This document shows positions 11,281-22,643 of a stretch of 64,000 bases of DNA, in pieces. The notes beneath the pieces are model-generated. The model did not search any database. It saw nothing but the letters and a program-made list of their open reading frames with translations, and had not been told where the DNA came from. Each line of letters starts with the position of its first letter. Position 1 is the first letter of the stretch. The stretch comes from Eledone cirrhosa. Lineage: Eukaryota. The position numbers and the translations under genes are program-made. The stretch covers positions 307,520,001 through 307,584,000 of the forward strand of contig OZ024740.1 in NCBI GenBank assembly GCA_964016885.1, in the 5' to 3' direction.

Positions 11281-12596
11281 TGGACGGAGGGACCGGTGAA
11301 GCTGCTCGGGGTCTGGTTCGGACCGGACCTCCAGGTGGAGAAAAACTGGGACGAGGTAACGGGCAAGGTGTTTGCACTCGCTCAGAAGTGGGCCGAGTGC
11401 AAACTATCCCTGAAAGGTCGAGCGGAGGTGGCGAACGCTTATATAGCGTCCGTCATCTACTACCGCTTGACCGTCGTGCCTTGCCCAGAGAAAACACTCG
11501 CCAAAATGGAGCACGCACTCTTCCGATTTCTTTGGAACAAGCGGGCTCCTTTGGTGAGAAGATCCATCTGCTGCCAACACCCTTCGAACGGAGGGCTGGG
11601 GCTGCCGTGGCTGACGATGCGTAGACACGCATTAAGGCTACGGCACCTCCAGGTATTCCTCACCGGTCAGCCGGTGTGGGCCCTGTTTGTGAGGCGAGCC
11701 TTTCCGAGACTCGTCTCACTCACCGAGCTGCAATCCTGGGTCAAGCAAAGACCGAGAAAAGTGGGCGACTGGCACATTCAATGTGCCCAGGCGCTCACGG
11801 CCCTCTGGCAAGCGGATCCGGTTATCAGTGGAGACTCAACCTCAACATTCTATAGAGGGTTGGTGCGCAGTAAGTGCGACGACGCTCTCGGAGAGGCTCT
11901 GGGCATGGAGGAAGACGAGCTGGCCAGTCTGTTCGGTAGGACGTTTGGCCCGGGACCGATGGATAACTTCCAAAAGTCCCTGGCTTGGCAATGTTACCGA
12001 GGAGCTTTACCCGTTCGGGACAAGCTCTACAGACACGGGCGCCCGGGTAGGGACCCCTCGAAGAAGATCTGTCCAAGATGCGTGCGTGACGAGGAAACCG
12101 TCGCACACGCATTCGTACACTGCCCGGGCGTTGCTGACCTGTGGAGCTATGTAGAACGACTACTGTCGCGGGTGGGACCAATCCGGTTGACCACCGAGAA
12201 CATTGTCACGATCAAACCGTCTCCTCGTTTCAAAAACGAAGGAGAGGCGGTTTTCGTCTGTGTGATAGCCATGGCGAAAGAAGTTGTATGGTGGACAAGG
12301 TTAAAAGGGCTGAGGTCAGACACCTTTCTCTCCGGCCAACAACTGGTCTTTTTTTTCAAGTACCACTTTAGAAGAAGGATCAGAATGGAGAGAGAGGTGC
12401 TCTACCCCAGCAAGTTTTATGAAAGATGGGTGAAAGTAGCAAGAATGGCCCGAGTGAATGGGCCTTCTCTCTATATCAGCCTGTAGGTGAGAGAGGAGAA
12501 GATTGAGAAGAGGAAGGAAGCACCCGCTCTTTGTGCTCCTGAAGAGGAGGGTTGCACATTTTTTCGGGGGTGTGTGCGACCCATGTCAACGCCCCT

Positions 12597-12600
<4 letters not shown>
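11281..12600 (+). mobile_element. 5'-truncated Tx1/L1-like LINE
   Basis: GC-rich ORF2 C-terminus plus 3' UTR ending in (TA)n. Confidence 0.85.
11296..12486 (+). CDS. Tx1/L1-like ORF2 C-terminal part (RT thumb + zf-RVT-type CCHC)
   Basis: KLLGVWFG, LSLKGRA, GGLGLP, CPRC..ETVAHAFVHC motifs; 396 uninterrupted codons. Confidence 0.85.
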   Translation: MKLLGVWFGPDLQVEKNWDEVTGKVFALAQKWAECKLSLKGRAEVANAYIASVIYYRLTVVPCPEKTLAKMEHALFRFLWNKRAPLVRRSICCQHPSNGGLGLPWLTMRRHALRLRHLQVFLTGQPVWALFVRRAFPRLVSLTELQSWVKQRPRKVGDWHIQCAQALTALWQADPVISGDSTSTFYRGLVRSKCDDALGEALGMEEDELASLFGRTFGPGPMDNFQKSLAWQCYRGALPVRDKLYRHGRPGRDPSKKICPRCVRDEETVAHAFVHCPGVADLWSYVERLLSRVGPIRLTTENIVTIKPSPRFKNEGEAVFVCVIAMAKEVVWWTRLKGLRSDTFLSGQQLVFFFKYHFRRRIRMEREVLYPSKFYERWVKVARMARVNGPSLYISL

Positions 12601-12654
<54 letters not shown>

Positions 12655-12709
12655 GAAATAGATTGACATATATATATATATATATATATGTATCAACTAG
12701 AAATAGATT

Positions 12710-12746
<37 letters not shown>

Positions 12747-13088
12747 AACATATGGAACAATCACAGGGGATAATTTGTAAAGTATTTAAGTACACATAGC
12801 TAGGTAGGTAACCAATTAAAGTTTACCTAGAACTTCAAATATAGATACCTTTTAAAATGATTAATCTCCTTTGTGTATATTTCTTTAAATAAAAAATATA
12901 TTTCACCAATTAATCAGTAAATCACAGCAGTCAATTCCTGGATGGTCCCCAAAGGAGAGGATCCAACTATCTGCGTTTACAAAGCAAATGGAAATCTGTG
13001 AATGACTCGAACCACGTGTTGCATTTTATATATGTATCTATATGTGTGTATATGTATGTATATGTTTGTGTGTATATATGTATTTGTG

Positions 13089-13125
<37 letters not shown>

Positions 13126-13554
13126 TCGCGAATGTATGTTTTCGCAGATTAGTGTGTCTGTGCCATGCATATGTATATATGCATGTATGTGTATATATAT
13201 ATATATGTATGTGGCATATGTGAGTGTGTATATGTATTTGTATATGTTTTTATGTGTGTGTGTATGTATCTATATATATGCGTATGTATATGTGTATGTC
13301 CGTGTGTATATATGCGTATGTATATATGTATGTATGTTTATGTATATACATATGTGTGTATGTGTTTTTATGTATACGTATATATATATATTTCTTTTAT
13401 CTGAATGTATGTATGTGCGTGTATATGTATGTACACATGTCTTTTTCTATATTGCTATATATCTTCTTTTTTTTTTATCCCGTTTTTTTTCCAGCCTCAC
13501 TTCCAATTTTTAACAGATTTTAAATTTCATTTCATATCTCTTATCTATAACACA

Positions 13555-13620
13555 TCTATCTGACGAACGATCCAGACGTATATTATTATCGTCTGTGATC
13601 CAGAAACCTTTGGTAATGGA
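13555..13620 (+). ncRNA. Hammerhead ribozyme (stem II base degenerate)
   Basis: TCTAT-CTGACGA-AC GATCCAGACG..CGTCTGTGATC CA-GAAA-CCTTTGG-TA-ATGGA. Confidence 0.55.
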
Positions 13621-13730
13621 GTGGTTATATTTTGTGTTGTTCACTTTCTAATTAAATATATATATATATATACTTATTTCAGGTATCCGATCATTATGTA
13701 TGATATTTGTGTTTCTCAGTAGAAAAGCTC

Positions 13731-13990
13731 AATAATTCAAATTTAGAGATATAATGTGTATATATATAGAGAAATAGCCATATATCGTTTGAAAAACACA
13801 TAGTATTTTGTATACACTCAAAGCATATAATATTTATGAAAACACTTCAAAAGAACATTTTCCATTTTGCAGTACGCATTTTTCATAAATATTATATGCT
13901 TTGTGTGTGTACAAAATACTATGTGTTTTTCAAATGATATATGGCTTTTACTCTCTTTCTATATACTTATATCTCTAAATTTGAATTATA
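13731..13990. repeat. Fold-back element in TA context
   Basis: ATAATTCAAATTTAGAGATATAA...AAAGCATATAATATTTATGAAAA mirrored by TTTTCATAAATATTATATGCTTT...TTATATCTCTAAATTTGAATTAT; extra tail on the left. Confidence 0.75.
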
Positions 13991-14122
13991 TATATATGTA
14001 TATATATATATATATATATATGCCAGTTAATCGCTTTACCGTGTCGGTTGTCACAAACAGTCATGACCGGCACGGGCCGGTGTTTGGATTATGTCGATCG
14101 ATTGGTTATTGATTAGGCGATA

Positions 14123-14232
14123 CCCGCTGATGAAGCCGCATAAGCCGATTGTGCATTGTTGCATAATATATGCAGACAGATGGTGCAGTGCACCTTACTG
14201 CTGCATTAGTGCTGCAGAAACTCGAGTCCGGG
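14123..14232 (+). ncRNA. Hammerhead ribozyme with long stem II insertion
   Basis: CCCG-CTGATGA-(83 nt)-GAAA-CTCGAG-TC-CGGG; palindromic stem III ACTCGAGT, GUC cleavage triplet. Confidence 0.6.
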
Positions 14233-14420
14233 AACCTTATAGGCACCCGTTTTACGTGTGTTGTGTTGAGGCAAATAAATATGTGTATACTCTGGTAATG
14301 TATCTTACATTGCCCATTGAGTGCGCTGAGATACAACCGGTATTGGCATTGATAAATATGCTGGCTCCGTCAACCCTTATTATTATTATTATATATATAT
14401 ATTATATAGAAAGATAGATA

Positions 14421-15825
14421 TGTTTCTTTTATTTGCCACTAGGGCATCAAAAGTGGGACAAGTACAAAGGGGGGAGTTTACACAAAAAGGCGTCCTCAAT
14501 AAGGAGGAGGCAATAACAAAATATAAAAATAAAATAAGATATAACAAAAAATAAAATTTATAACAAAATCCTCAATAGAGAGGAGGCGCCTTGGGGGGTC
14601 GCACACACCCCCGAAAAAAGTGTGCAACCCTTCTCCTCAGGAGCACAGAGAAGGGGTGCTCCCTTGGTCTTTCATCTTCCTCACCTATAGTCTGATGTAG
14701 AGTGAAGGCCCATTCACACGGGCCATTCTCGCCACTTTCACCCATCTTTCATAGAAACGGCTGGGGTGCAGCACCTCTCTCTCCATCCTGATCCTTCTTC
14801 CGAAATGATATCGGAAGAAACGGACCAGTTGTTGGCCAGAGAGAAAGGTGCCTGACCTCAGTCCTTTCAGACGCGTCCACCATACAACCTCTTTCGCCAT
14901 GGCTATTACGCACAGAAACACCGCCTCTGCTTCATCTTTGAAGGGGGGAGGCGGCTTGATCATTACAATAAACTCGGTGGTCAACCGGATCGGTCCCGCC
15001 CTTGACAGCAGTTGTTCGACATAGCCCCACAGATCGGCTACGCCCGAGCAGTGTACCAATGCGTGTGCAACGGTTTCCTCGTCGCACACGCATCTGGGAC
15101 AGATCTTTTTGGCGGGGTCCCTACCCGGGCGCCCGTGTCTGTAGAGCCTTTCTCGAACGGGTAGAGCCCCTCGGTAGCACTGCCAGGCCAGGGACTTCTG
15201 GAAGTTGTCCATAGGTCCTGGGCTGAATGTCCTACCGAACAGGCTGGCCAGTTCGTCCTCCTCCATGTCTAGGGCTTCTCCGAGGACGTCGTCGCACCTG
15301 CTACGTACCAGCCCTCTATAGAATGTTGCGGTGGAGTCTCCACTGATAACCGGATCCGCCTGCCAGAGGGCGGTGAGCGCCTGGGCACACTCAGTGTGCC
15401 AGGCGCCCAGTTTTCTCGGTCTTTGCTTGACCCGGGATTGCAGCTCGGTGAGTGAGACGAGTCTGGGAAAGGTTCGTCTCACAAACGTGGCCCACACCGG
15501 TTGTCCGGTGAGGAATACGTAGAGGTGCCGTAGCCTTAATGCGTGTTTACGCATCATTAGCCACGGCATCCCCAGCCCTCCTTTCGAAGGGTGTTGACAG
15601 CAGATGGATCTCCTCACCATAGGAGCCCGCCTCTCCCAAAGGAATTGGAAGAGCGCGCGCTCCATCTTGGTGAGGGTTTCCCTTGGGCAGGGCACTACGG
15701 TCAGGCGGTAGTAGATGACGGACGCTATGTAGGTGTTCGCCACCTCCGCCCGACCTTTCAGGGATAGTTTGCAACTGGCCCACTTCTGGGTCAGTGCAAA
15801 CACCCTGTTCGTAACCTCCACCCAG
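14421..15825 (-). mobile_element. Second 5'-truncated Tx1/L1-like LINE copy, inserted in (TATC)n
   Basis: Paralogue of 11281-12600; (GATA)n at 15826-15868 and GATAGATA at about 14413. Confidence 0.85.
14685..15824 (-). CDS. Tx1/L1-like ORF2 C-terminal part
   Basis: Same motifs as 11296-12486, no internal stops; the N-terminal YLSI repeats of the listed ORF are microsatellite. Confidence 0.85.
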   Translation of the reverse strand, partial: WVEVTNRVFALTQKWASCKLSLKGRAEVANTYIASVIYYRLTVVPCPRETLTKMERALFQFLWERRAPMVRRSICCQHPSKGGLGMPWLMMRKHALRLRHLYVFLTGQPVWATFVRRTFPRLVSLTELQSRVKQRPRKLGAWHTECAQALTALWQADPVISGDSTATFYRGLVRSRCDDVLGEALDMEEDELASLFGRTFSPGPMDNFQKSLAWQCYRGALPVRERLYRHGRPGRDPAKKICPRCVCDEETVAHALVHCSGVADLWGYVEQLLSRAGPIRLTTEFIVMIKPPPPFKDEAEAVFLCVIAMAKEVVWWTRLKGLRSGTFLSGQQLVRFFRYHFGRRIRMEREVLHPSRFYERWVKVARMARVNGPSLYIRL

Positions 15826-15868
<43 letters not shown>

Positions 15869-16295
15869 ACAATCAGCAAAACATTTACAACAAGCGTTTA
15901 TCAAATGTCCCGTCATCCCTAGCCCATAAATATCATACATACATCCACCAATTAATCTCTAATTTATTGTTTCTTTTATCGGACCCTCTAGACGTACATC
16001 TCAAATCTAGCTTCCCACCAACGAATCCTTACTACTATGTACTTACACGATCTCATTTATTTATTTATCTCTTTATATTTTCCATTCTCTCATTTTCTTA
16101 CTTTTTTATGTACCCTATCTTTTATTCTACTTTTATTTTTTACATCTGTAACTTCTCTACCTATTTACCATACATGTATTATTATTGATGTTATTGTTTA
16201 TATTATACGCTATTTTATTATTGATGTTATTGTTTTAATTATACGGTATTTCTCTATATAAGTTTTGCCCCGAGTGAATTATTTTCATATCTACA

Positions 16296-16404
16296 TACTC
16301 TGATGTGTTGACCATAGGTGAATAATGTATTGGAGATCGAATAACGCAACATCAAGCGATTAGCGAACTCTAGACCCACATGATCAACGAAACAATTGTC
16401 AGTA
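16296..16404 (+). ncRNA. Hammerhead-like motif with CUGAUGU core, followed by a tail-to-tail palindrome (16386-16467)
   Basis: TACT-CTGATGT-GTTGACCAT..ATGATCAAC-GAAA-CAATTG-TC-AGTA. Confidence 0.55.
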
Positions 16405-16470
16405 CTATAAATAAAGCCCTTATTGTACAATAAGGGCTTTATGTAAAGTACTGACAATTGTTTCGTTATA

Positions 16471-16498
<28 letters not shown>

Positions 16499-16501
<3 letters not shown>

Positions 16502-16805
16502 TGTTATACTTGGGGAGGGTCATATTTGTGTAATATTGCCAGAATTAATAACAGAACACACTCACTGTTTGGTTGGTTTTCGCTTTTCGCTTTTGTGTCT
16601 TTTATATCGGTTAATTTAATTTATTCGGTCCTCAATGTTGCCATTGACTGACCGACGGTTAAAAATAATACAGATACAATATAGACACAAACACATATAT
16701 ATAGTTTATCAAAGTTCTTTCGTTGCACATCTGCAACATCGTCAATGGTGCTATTGTTTCCTCACGTTACATTGTATGTCTACGCCATTTTTATTTAGTC
16801 TGTCT
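16499..16805 (-). mobile_element. PLE pseudo-LTR remnant with variant HHR (16708-16749)
   Basis: Terminus TTGTTATACTTGGGGAGGGTCAT shared with PLE at 40897; homologous to 58960-59270 in opposite orientation. Confidence 0.7.
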
Positions 16806-16889
16806 ATATATTTATGTTTCGACACACGATTTCATATAAAAACCTCGCAAAACTAATTCATATATATATATATATATATATAAAACACT

Positions 16890-17060
16890 TCAGTATACTC
16901 AGCTGAAAATGAGTACCAGCAATAACTGGAGGTTTAACTCTGTGATGGACTGGCGTCCTGTTCAGTGGGGAGTCTTGTACTCTCAGTCGCTTCACGCCAT
17001 AAAACAGGGATAAGCACCGGCCAAATGAGCCTTCTGGCTTAAGACAGACTTTAGACTTTT
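16890..17060 (+). mobile_element. V-SINE/MIR-like SINE fragment
   Basis: CTGTGATGGACTGGCGTCCTGTTCAG resembles the V-domain; AAATGAGTACCAG core. Confidence 0.5.
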
Positions 17061-17079
17061 TTTTAGATATATATATATA

Positions 17080-17267
17080 ATTGTTTCTACTTTAGGCACA
17101 AGGCCAGCAATTACCCAGTGCATTACTGGTACTTTATTTTATCGACCCCGTAAGGATGAAAGGCAAAGTCAACCTCGGCGGGATTTGAACTCAGATCGTA
17201 AAGGGACGTAACTATGCTGGAAAGCATGGCGTCCGACCCTCTACCGATACTGCCAATCCATCGCCGT
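17080..17267 (-). mobile_element. Major SINE copy
   Basis: Near-identical reverse complement of 671-853. Confidence 0.9.
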
Positions 17268-17645
17268 TATTATATATATATATGCATTATATATATATAT
17301 ATAATGCATATTAATGTATGTGTGTGTGCAGGTGTTTGCAAGTGTGAATACGTTTGTGTGTGTAATGATCAAACTTCTATAAGGACTCTTGAGGTCAAAG
17401 GTTAAAACACTTAACACGGTGATGTTTTGTCCTTTTTATCCACCTTAATATATGAAATACTACGGTTGTCACTGTGTCTGTATATTTACGTGTACAAGTG
17501 TAGAGACATGTATATGGGTGCATACATGTATATATCTCATTATGTCATGTGAACATATGGGAAAGAATGTCAGTTTATTGCTGTGTAACTTACTATGAAA
17601 GAGAAATTCAATTTATGCTTCTATGTATGTGTGCTTGCGCGCGTG

Positions 17646-17735
<90 letters not shown>

Positions 17736-17914
17736 TGTGTGTGTGTGTGTGTGTAGCTGTGTGTGTGTGTGTGCAGTGGTGTGTGAGAAGCTTATTGTAT
17801 AAGTAAGTGTTTGTGTTCATGCATTCATACGTATATGTGATCCTTCGATTAAGATTACACCCACTTACGTATGCACGCACTTAACATTTATAAACAGAAC
17901 AGCCTAGTCATTGA

Positions 17915-18200
17915 GTTAGTATGTAAGTGGCTGAGTATTCCATTGACATGTATTCTTAACATAATTCTCCGATAGAATCAGCATGGCAGTGCATGACAAA
18001 GCTAGTTTTTAAATTACAACTATTGTAAGTACATTCGACAGACTACCCAACAGTTTCCGTCTACCCAGTTTCACTTGCACGGATTAAGTCGATCTTAAGT
18101 CATAGCAACAAATACATGCCTAGGATGCCAGGCTGTGCGATCGAACCTGGGATCTCATAATTGCAAAACGAACTTAGCCATTCGCCATTCCTGCCCCAAG
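17915..18200 (-). mobile_element. Second tRNA-derived SINE family
   Basis: Minus-strand B-box GGTTCGATCG; homologous to 23980-24330. Confidence 0.6.
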
Positions 18201-18429
18201 CAGATAAAAATAAAGATTTGTTCATTAGCGAATACGTATGTGTGTTTGAGACTAAGGGATGAGTTTTTAATGGGTTGCTTGAACACAGGGTAATATAGTT
18301 TAGGAATTCGTTATTTGTAGTGTGCCCTCTAAGATGTTAGTGCAGGTAACGTTAGAACCCATGGTGATATACAATCCAAAGTTATTCACATTTGTAAGAG
18401 TGTAAAATAGTCATAATAGTTTTGAAAAA

Positions 18430-19570
18430 CTAGTTTATGCACCAAACAAGTAATCCGAATACAGGTTTCATTGGTGAAGTCATTGCAGCATTAGATGTAG
18501 TTAAGCCGGAGTCATATATCTTGATGGGAGACTTCAATGCACATGTTGGCACTGACCACCTGACATGGAAAGGTGTGATTGGAAGGAATGGCAACGCCGA
18601 TCTAAATACGAATGGAGAGACCTTACTAGACTTCTCTTCTAGCAATGGACTCTCTATTATGAACACCTTCCAGCACAAAGACATCCATGGTATAAGGGGG
18701 GGGGGGGGATCAGGGATAGAGATCAATAATCGATTTTGTTATTGTCTCTGAGATCTTCGATTCTGTGCTGGATGTTCGTGTTAAGAGAGGGGATGAGCTG
18801 TTAGCTGATCACCATCTAGTTTTCTGCAACTTAAGACTAACTAAAGCCAAAGAAGCCTATAAAACTGATAGATCCAAGGCGACCTACAGGATAAAACGGG
18901 AAGCATTGGTAGATAAGGAAGTCAAGACCAGGTATGCAGATACTATTGCATCCAAATTCAGAGAACTCCGTGAGCAAATTGAGGACGTTGGGGCAGAGTG
19001 GAGCTTGCTATGCGCCGCAGTTTCTGCTTCAGCTGTTAAATACTGCGGGTGAAAGAGGCCTAGTGTGGCGCTGGATGGATGGCAGGAGGACCCCGTGGTT
19101 CAACCAAGAGGCCAAATATGCCAAGAAGCCCCCCTCCACACCTGCTATCAAGAATGCATCTGGGGCTTTTCTCTCTTCAGAGAGATGCCTCCTCGCGAGG
19201 TGAGAAAATACTTTACTGATCTCCTGATCACAACAGCATCTTTGGAATTACACGAGATGCATCTGGGAGCGGTAACTAATTTCTCAGAGCTCAAATGTGG
19301 CAAGGCCGTGGGGTAAGAGGAAATTCAGTCTGGATCTCTAGAAAGCCACCTAAGCAATGGTAATCGGGAGTGATAATCCCAATGTTCAAAAAAGGTGATA
19401 AGAGAAATTGCTCCAATTACAGAGGGATCTCCTTGTTAAGCCTCCCTGGTAAGGTCTATGTGAAGTGTCTGGCAAAGAGAAGCTAGCCGATGAACAGTGC
19501 GGCTTTCGCCCCAGACGCAACACAGCCGACCAAATATTGACATTGCAGCAGGTCTTCGAGAAATCTGTTA
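18430..19570 (+). mobile_element. Degenerate RTE (Expander/Rex3-like) LINE, APE and RT fragments
   Basis: ILMGDFNAHVG, DVRVKRG..ADHHLV, NYRGISLLSLPGKVY, EQCGFRPRRNTADQILTLQQVFEKS. Confidence 0.85.
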
Positions 19571-19589
19571 CTATGGGAAAAATCTCGCT

Positions 19590-20100
19590 GAAAATTATGG
19601 AATGGTTTAGGTTTATACGCATTAAGAATAGTACTAGATTCCTGCAACTTGACATCGAGAATTACCATGCCTCAATCACCGAATTGCTAATCATAACATT
19701 TTTCAGCTAATGTCACCCTAGACTTGGAAATATAATTATATTCCCCATTTCACAAACCTAATGATCCCTAAACTACATTCAGCTGCACTTCTCACCACTA
19801 AAATATTACTAAGAACATATCTCTTAGGCTCTTTACTCCTATTCATTAATCATCAAATATTTAAATGATACATTTTGTAAAAAGCGTTTTAAAGACAATA
19901 TAACATACAAAGACACCTCACCTAGAACCTAGAACCTTAAGTCGCAATGGTCAGAGTAATATGAGCTCATATAACCAATCCTTTAACATAGCAGTAGCTA
20001 GAAATTTCTCTCAAAACTATTTCCTCTCACAACACAGATATTTATCAACATTTAACAAAACCACTATTAAAATATTTTGCTCCGCTGCAGTTTGCCAACT
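19590..20100 (+). mobile_element. Degenerate Penelope-like RT/linker remnant
   Basis: WFRFIRIKNSTRFLQLDIENYHASITELL (FDI..FYPSI-like) and downstream YNQSFN..FNKTTIKI resemble PLE ORFs. Confidence 0.5.
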
Positions 20101-20559
20101 CTAACATCCCAAAACTATAAAGAAAAGAAAAAAAAAGACTTAATAGTCTAGTAGACTATGCAACTGCCTCCAGTCTTGACTCATGTCACTTGCTTCGTAA
20201 ATATATTTCTGTGAAGAGGTACAATAAAATTGAAACTTATCCGCTGCTTTCACTCAGTTGGCCTATAGACTATATCCACGCCCACTGCATCGTCTTAAAT
20301 TATTCCAAAAGACTTTCATCAGCCAAGGCAATAGGAAGTTCCCTTCATCACAAGGATAGTCGTGGCTTATTGAATGTTTTCCTATTCACCATATTCAGAA
20401 TGCGAAATTGTATGTGTATATTTCATGCTAAGCGCATCCATGTATTTTTGCACTAACGTTTGCACACACACACACAAACACTCACAGACACAAACGCATG
20501 CACACACACACATACACACACACACAATTGCTAATACTATATATCGGTCGCAACTCCAG

Positions 20560-20685
20560 GTAGAAGGAACAACGTGAAATAAAGTGTCTTGCTCAAGGAC
20601 ATAACGCGTCGCCCGATCCAGGAATCGAACTCACAAACTCACGTTTGCGAATTCAATTCTCTTACCACTCAGCCACGCGCCTTCA
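20560..20685 (-). mobile_element. tRNA-derived CORE-like SINE head
   Basis: Minus: GTGGCTGAGTGGTAAG...GAGTTCGATTCC...TGTCCTTGAGCAAGACACTT. Confidence 0.65.
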
Positions 20686-20709
20686 AAAATGTATATATAT
20701 ATATCAGAT

Positions 20710-20850
20710 AGGGTGTGGTAAAATACTGGGTGGACCATAACCCACCAGAGTACTCAATACTTGGCGTAGTAGAGTGGGTAATATGAAGATATTCAAGGCC
20801 CCGACGGCTGAGCTCCGGCTGCTTCGACAGCTAGATCCGAACTTAGTTGT
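20710..20850 (-). mobile_element. Copy of the pLTR-like tail family of 3198-3397 / 44876-45090
   Basis: CCATAACCCACCAGAGTACTCAATACTT..CCCCGACGGCTGAGCTCC..AGCTAGATCCGAACT. Confidence 0.7.
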
Positions 20851-21679
20851 CTGGTTCTCTACCGACTTTGCCATTCACCTAGCTACTAAAGCCATAAATA
20901 TACTGGAAAAGGTTAGTCCATATTTCTTCTTATATGTATGTATTATGACTGTAGCGTTCACCGTTACAGTAATACAATTGTGGTAATCTAGCTTTGTATT
21001 GGAATTCTCTTAAGTTCCTTATGTATTTGCCATTTCATATAAATAATACGTGGGAAATAAAAATGTTAATTGATAATTGTATTAATTTAATGTAACATAT
21101 ATATTAATATCAGGCTCTACGTTACAGTATATCTTATATGTAACTATTTTCTATTATCCAGATACAAAATATACACTGTTCACATATCGGTTTATCTTTA
21201 CGTATTCAGGGGGTAAATATCTCATCATATGAAACTGATATACATGATTGTTACATTTCTTGAGATTCTGTCACATCTAAAGAGAAACTTATGAAAATGT
21301 AAACCAGTTCTTTTATTGTTAACAAAACCATTCACGTAGTTTTCTCAAGAGGTATTTGTTCAAAACGGCTTTTATTTTTCCCAGGACGCTTTTATCCAGA
21401 AATATTATTTCTAGATTAAATTCAAAGTAATTAATTGTAATTTTCCTACATTTCCTGAGAGGCAAAGTTACTGTTTGTACTTTCTACAAAATCTCATGTG
21501 ATAATAAAAGTATAAATATTTATCCCACATAATAGAGTAAATAGAATTCCTTGTTCAACTTCTTGTAATCATTTAATGTTCAAGAGTATTTAATGAAAGA
21601 GAAGGACTGGATATTGTGAAATTCATACCTTTCTCACACGTATTATGTAGTGAAAGGGAAATATATAGCTTCCTGGAAA

Positions 21680-22000
21680 TAATGGTTTCTTATATAGGCA
21701 CAAGGCCAGCAATTTTGGGGGAGGAGAAATCGATTAAATCGACACCAGTGCGTGACTGGTACGTTAGTTTATCGACCCTGTAAGGATGAAAGACAAAGTT
21801 AACCTCGGCGGGATTTGAACTCAGATCATAAAGGGCCGTAACTCTATGCTACAAAGCATGTTGTCCGACACCCTACCGATGATGTCAATCCACTGGAAAT
21901 AATTGTTTCTACTTTTGGCCAAGGCCAGCAAATACCCAGTGCATTACTGGTACTTTATTTTATCGATCTCGTAAGGATGAAAGGCAAAGTTAACCTCGCT
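21680..22000 (-). mobile_element. Two major-SINE copies
   Basis: Match to SINE consensus. Confidence 0.85.
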
Positions 22001-22009
22001 CCTATATTA

Positions 22010-22255
22010 TTGGGATGTGGTTAGAATGTCTCAGGAAAGAATCGCTGAACAGATCTTACGGGTAAAACCAACCAGCAGGAGAGCCAGGGTTAAATTCAGA
22101 GCAATATGGTTGGATAACATCCATAGGCTTGGTTGATCTCGCTTGGCGATTCAGCTGGATCTATTGATAATGGTTGCTTCTGACAGGATCCGCTGGAAGG
22201 AGTGTTTCAGGACTCTTCTCCCACGAGCAGTGCGAGAAGAAGAAGAAGAAGAAGT
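22010..22255 (+). mobile_element. RTE LINE 3' end with (GAA)n tail
   Basis: VRMSQERIAEQIL..PTSRRARV matches 26990-27100; GAA tail. Confidence 0.75.
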
Positions 22256-22643
22256 GTATGCAGCGTGATGTCAGTTCTACGGAGCCAATTACTCTGTACA
22301 CATGTATGACTCGATAATTTCCAATAATCTGTTGTAGGAATCTGACATATTTAGCAAATACCGCGTTTCAGTTTTTCGAGTCAAAATCTACTTCAGACCC
22401 ATGCAGTTGATAATATTCTAGAAATCACAAAAGCCCACACCCATGATGAAATACTTACTGTACCCATTATGTTTAACAATCTCTACCTAAACGTAAACGA
22501 CACAGTTACCACAACTCTTCTCACAACACCAAATTGAAGGTCTGCTACTGGACCAAGATTGTCGAGATTATATATATATATATATATAATGTTATATACA
22601 ATATGTGTATGTATGTATGTATGTATGTATGTATGTATGTATG

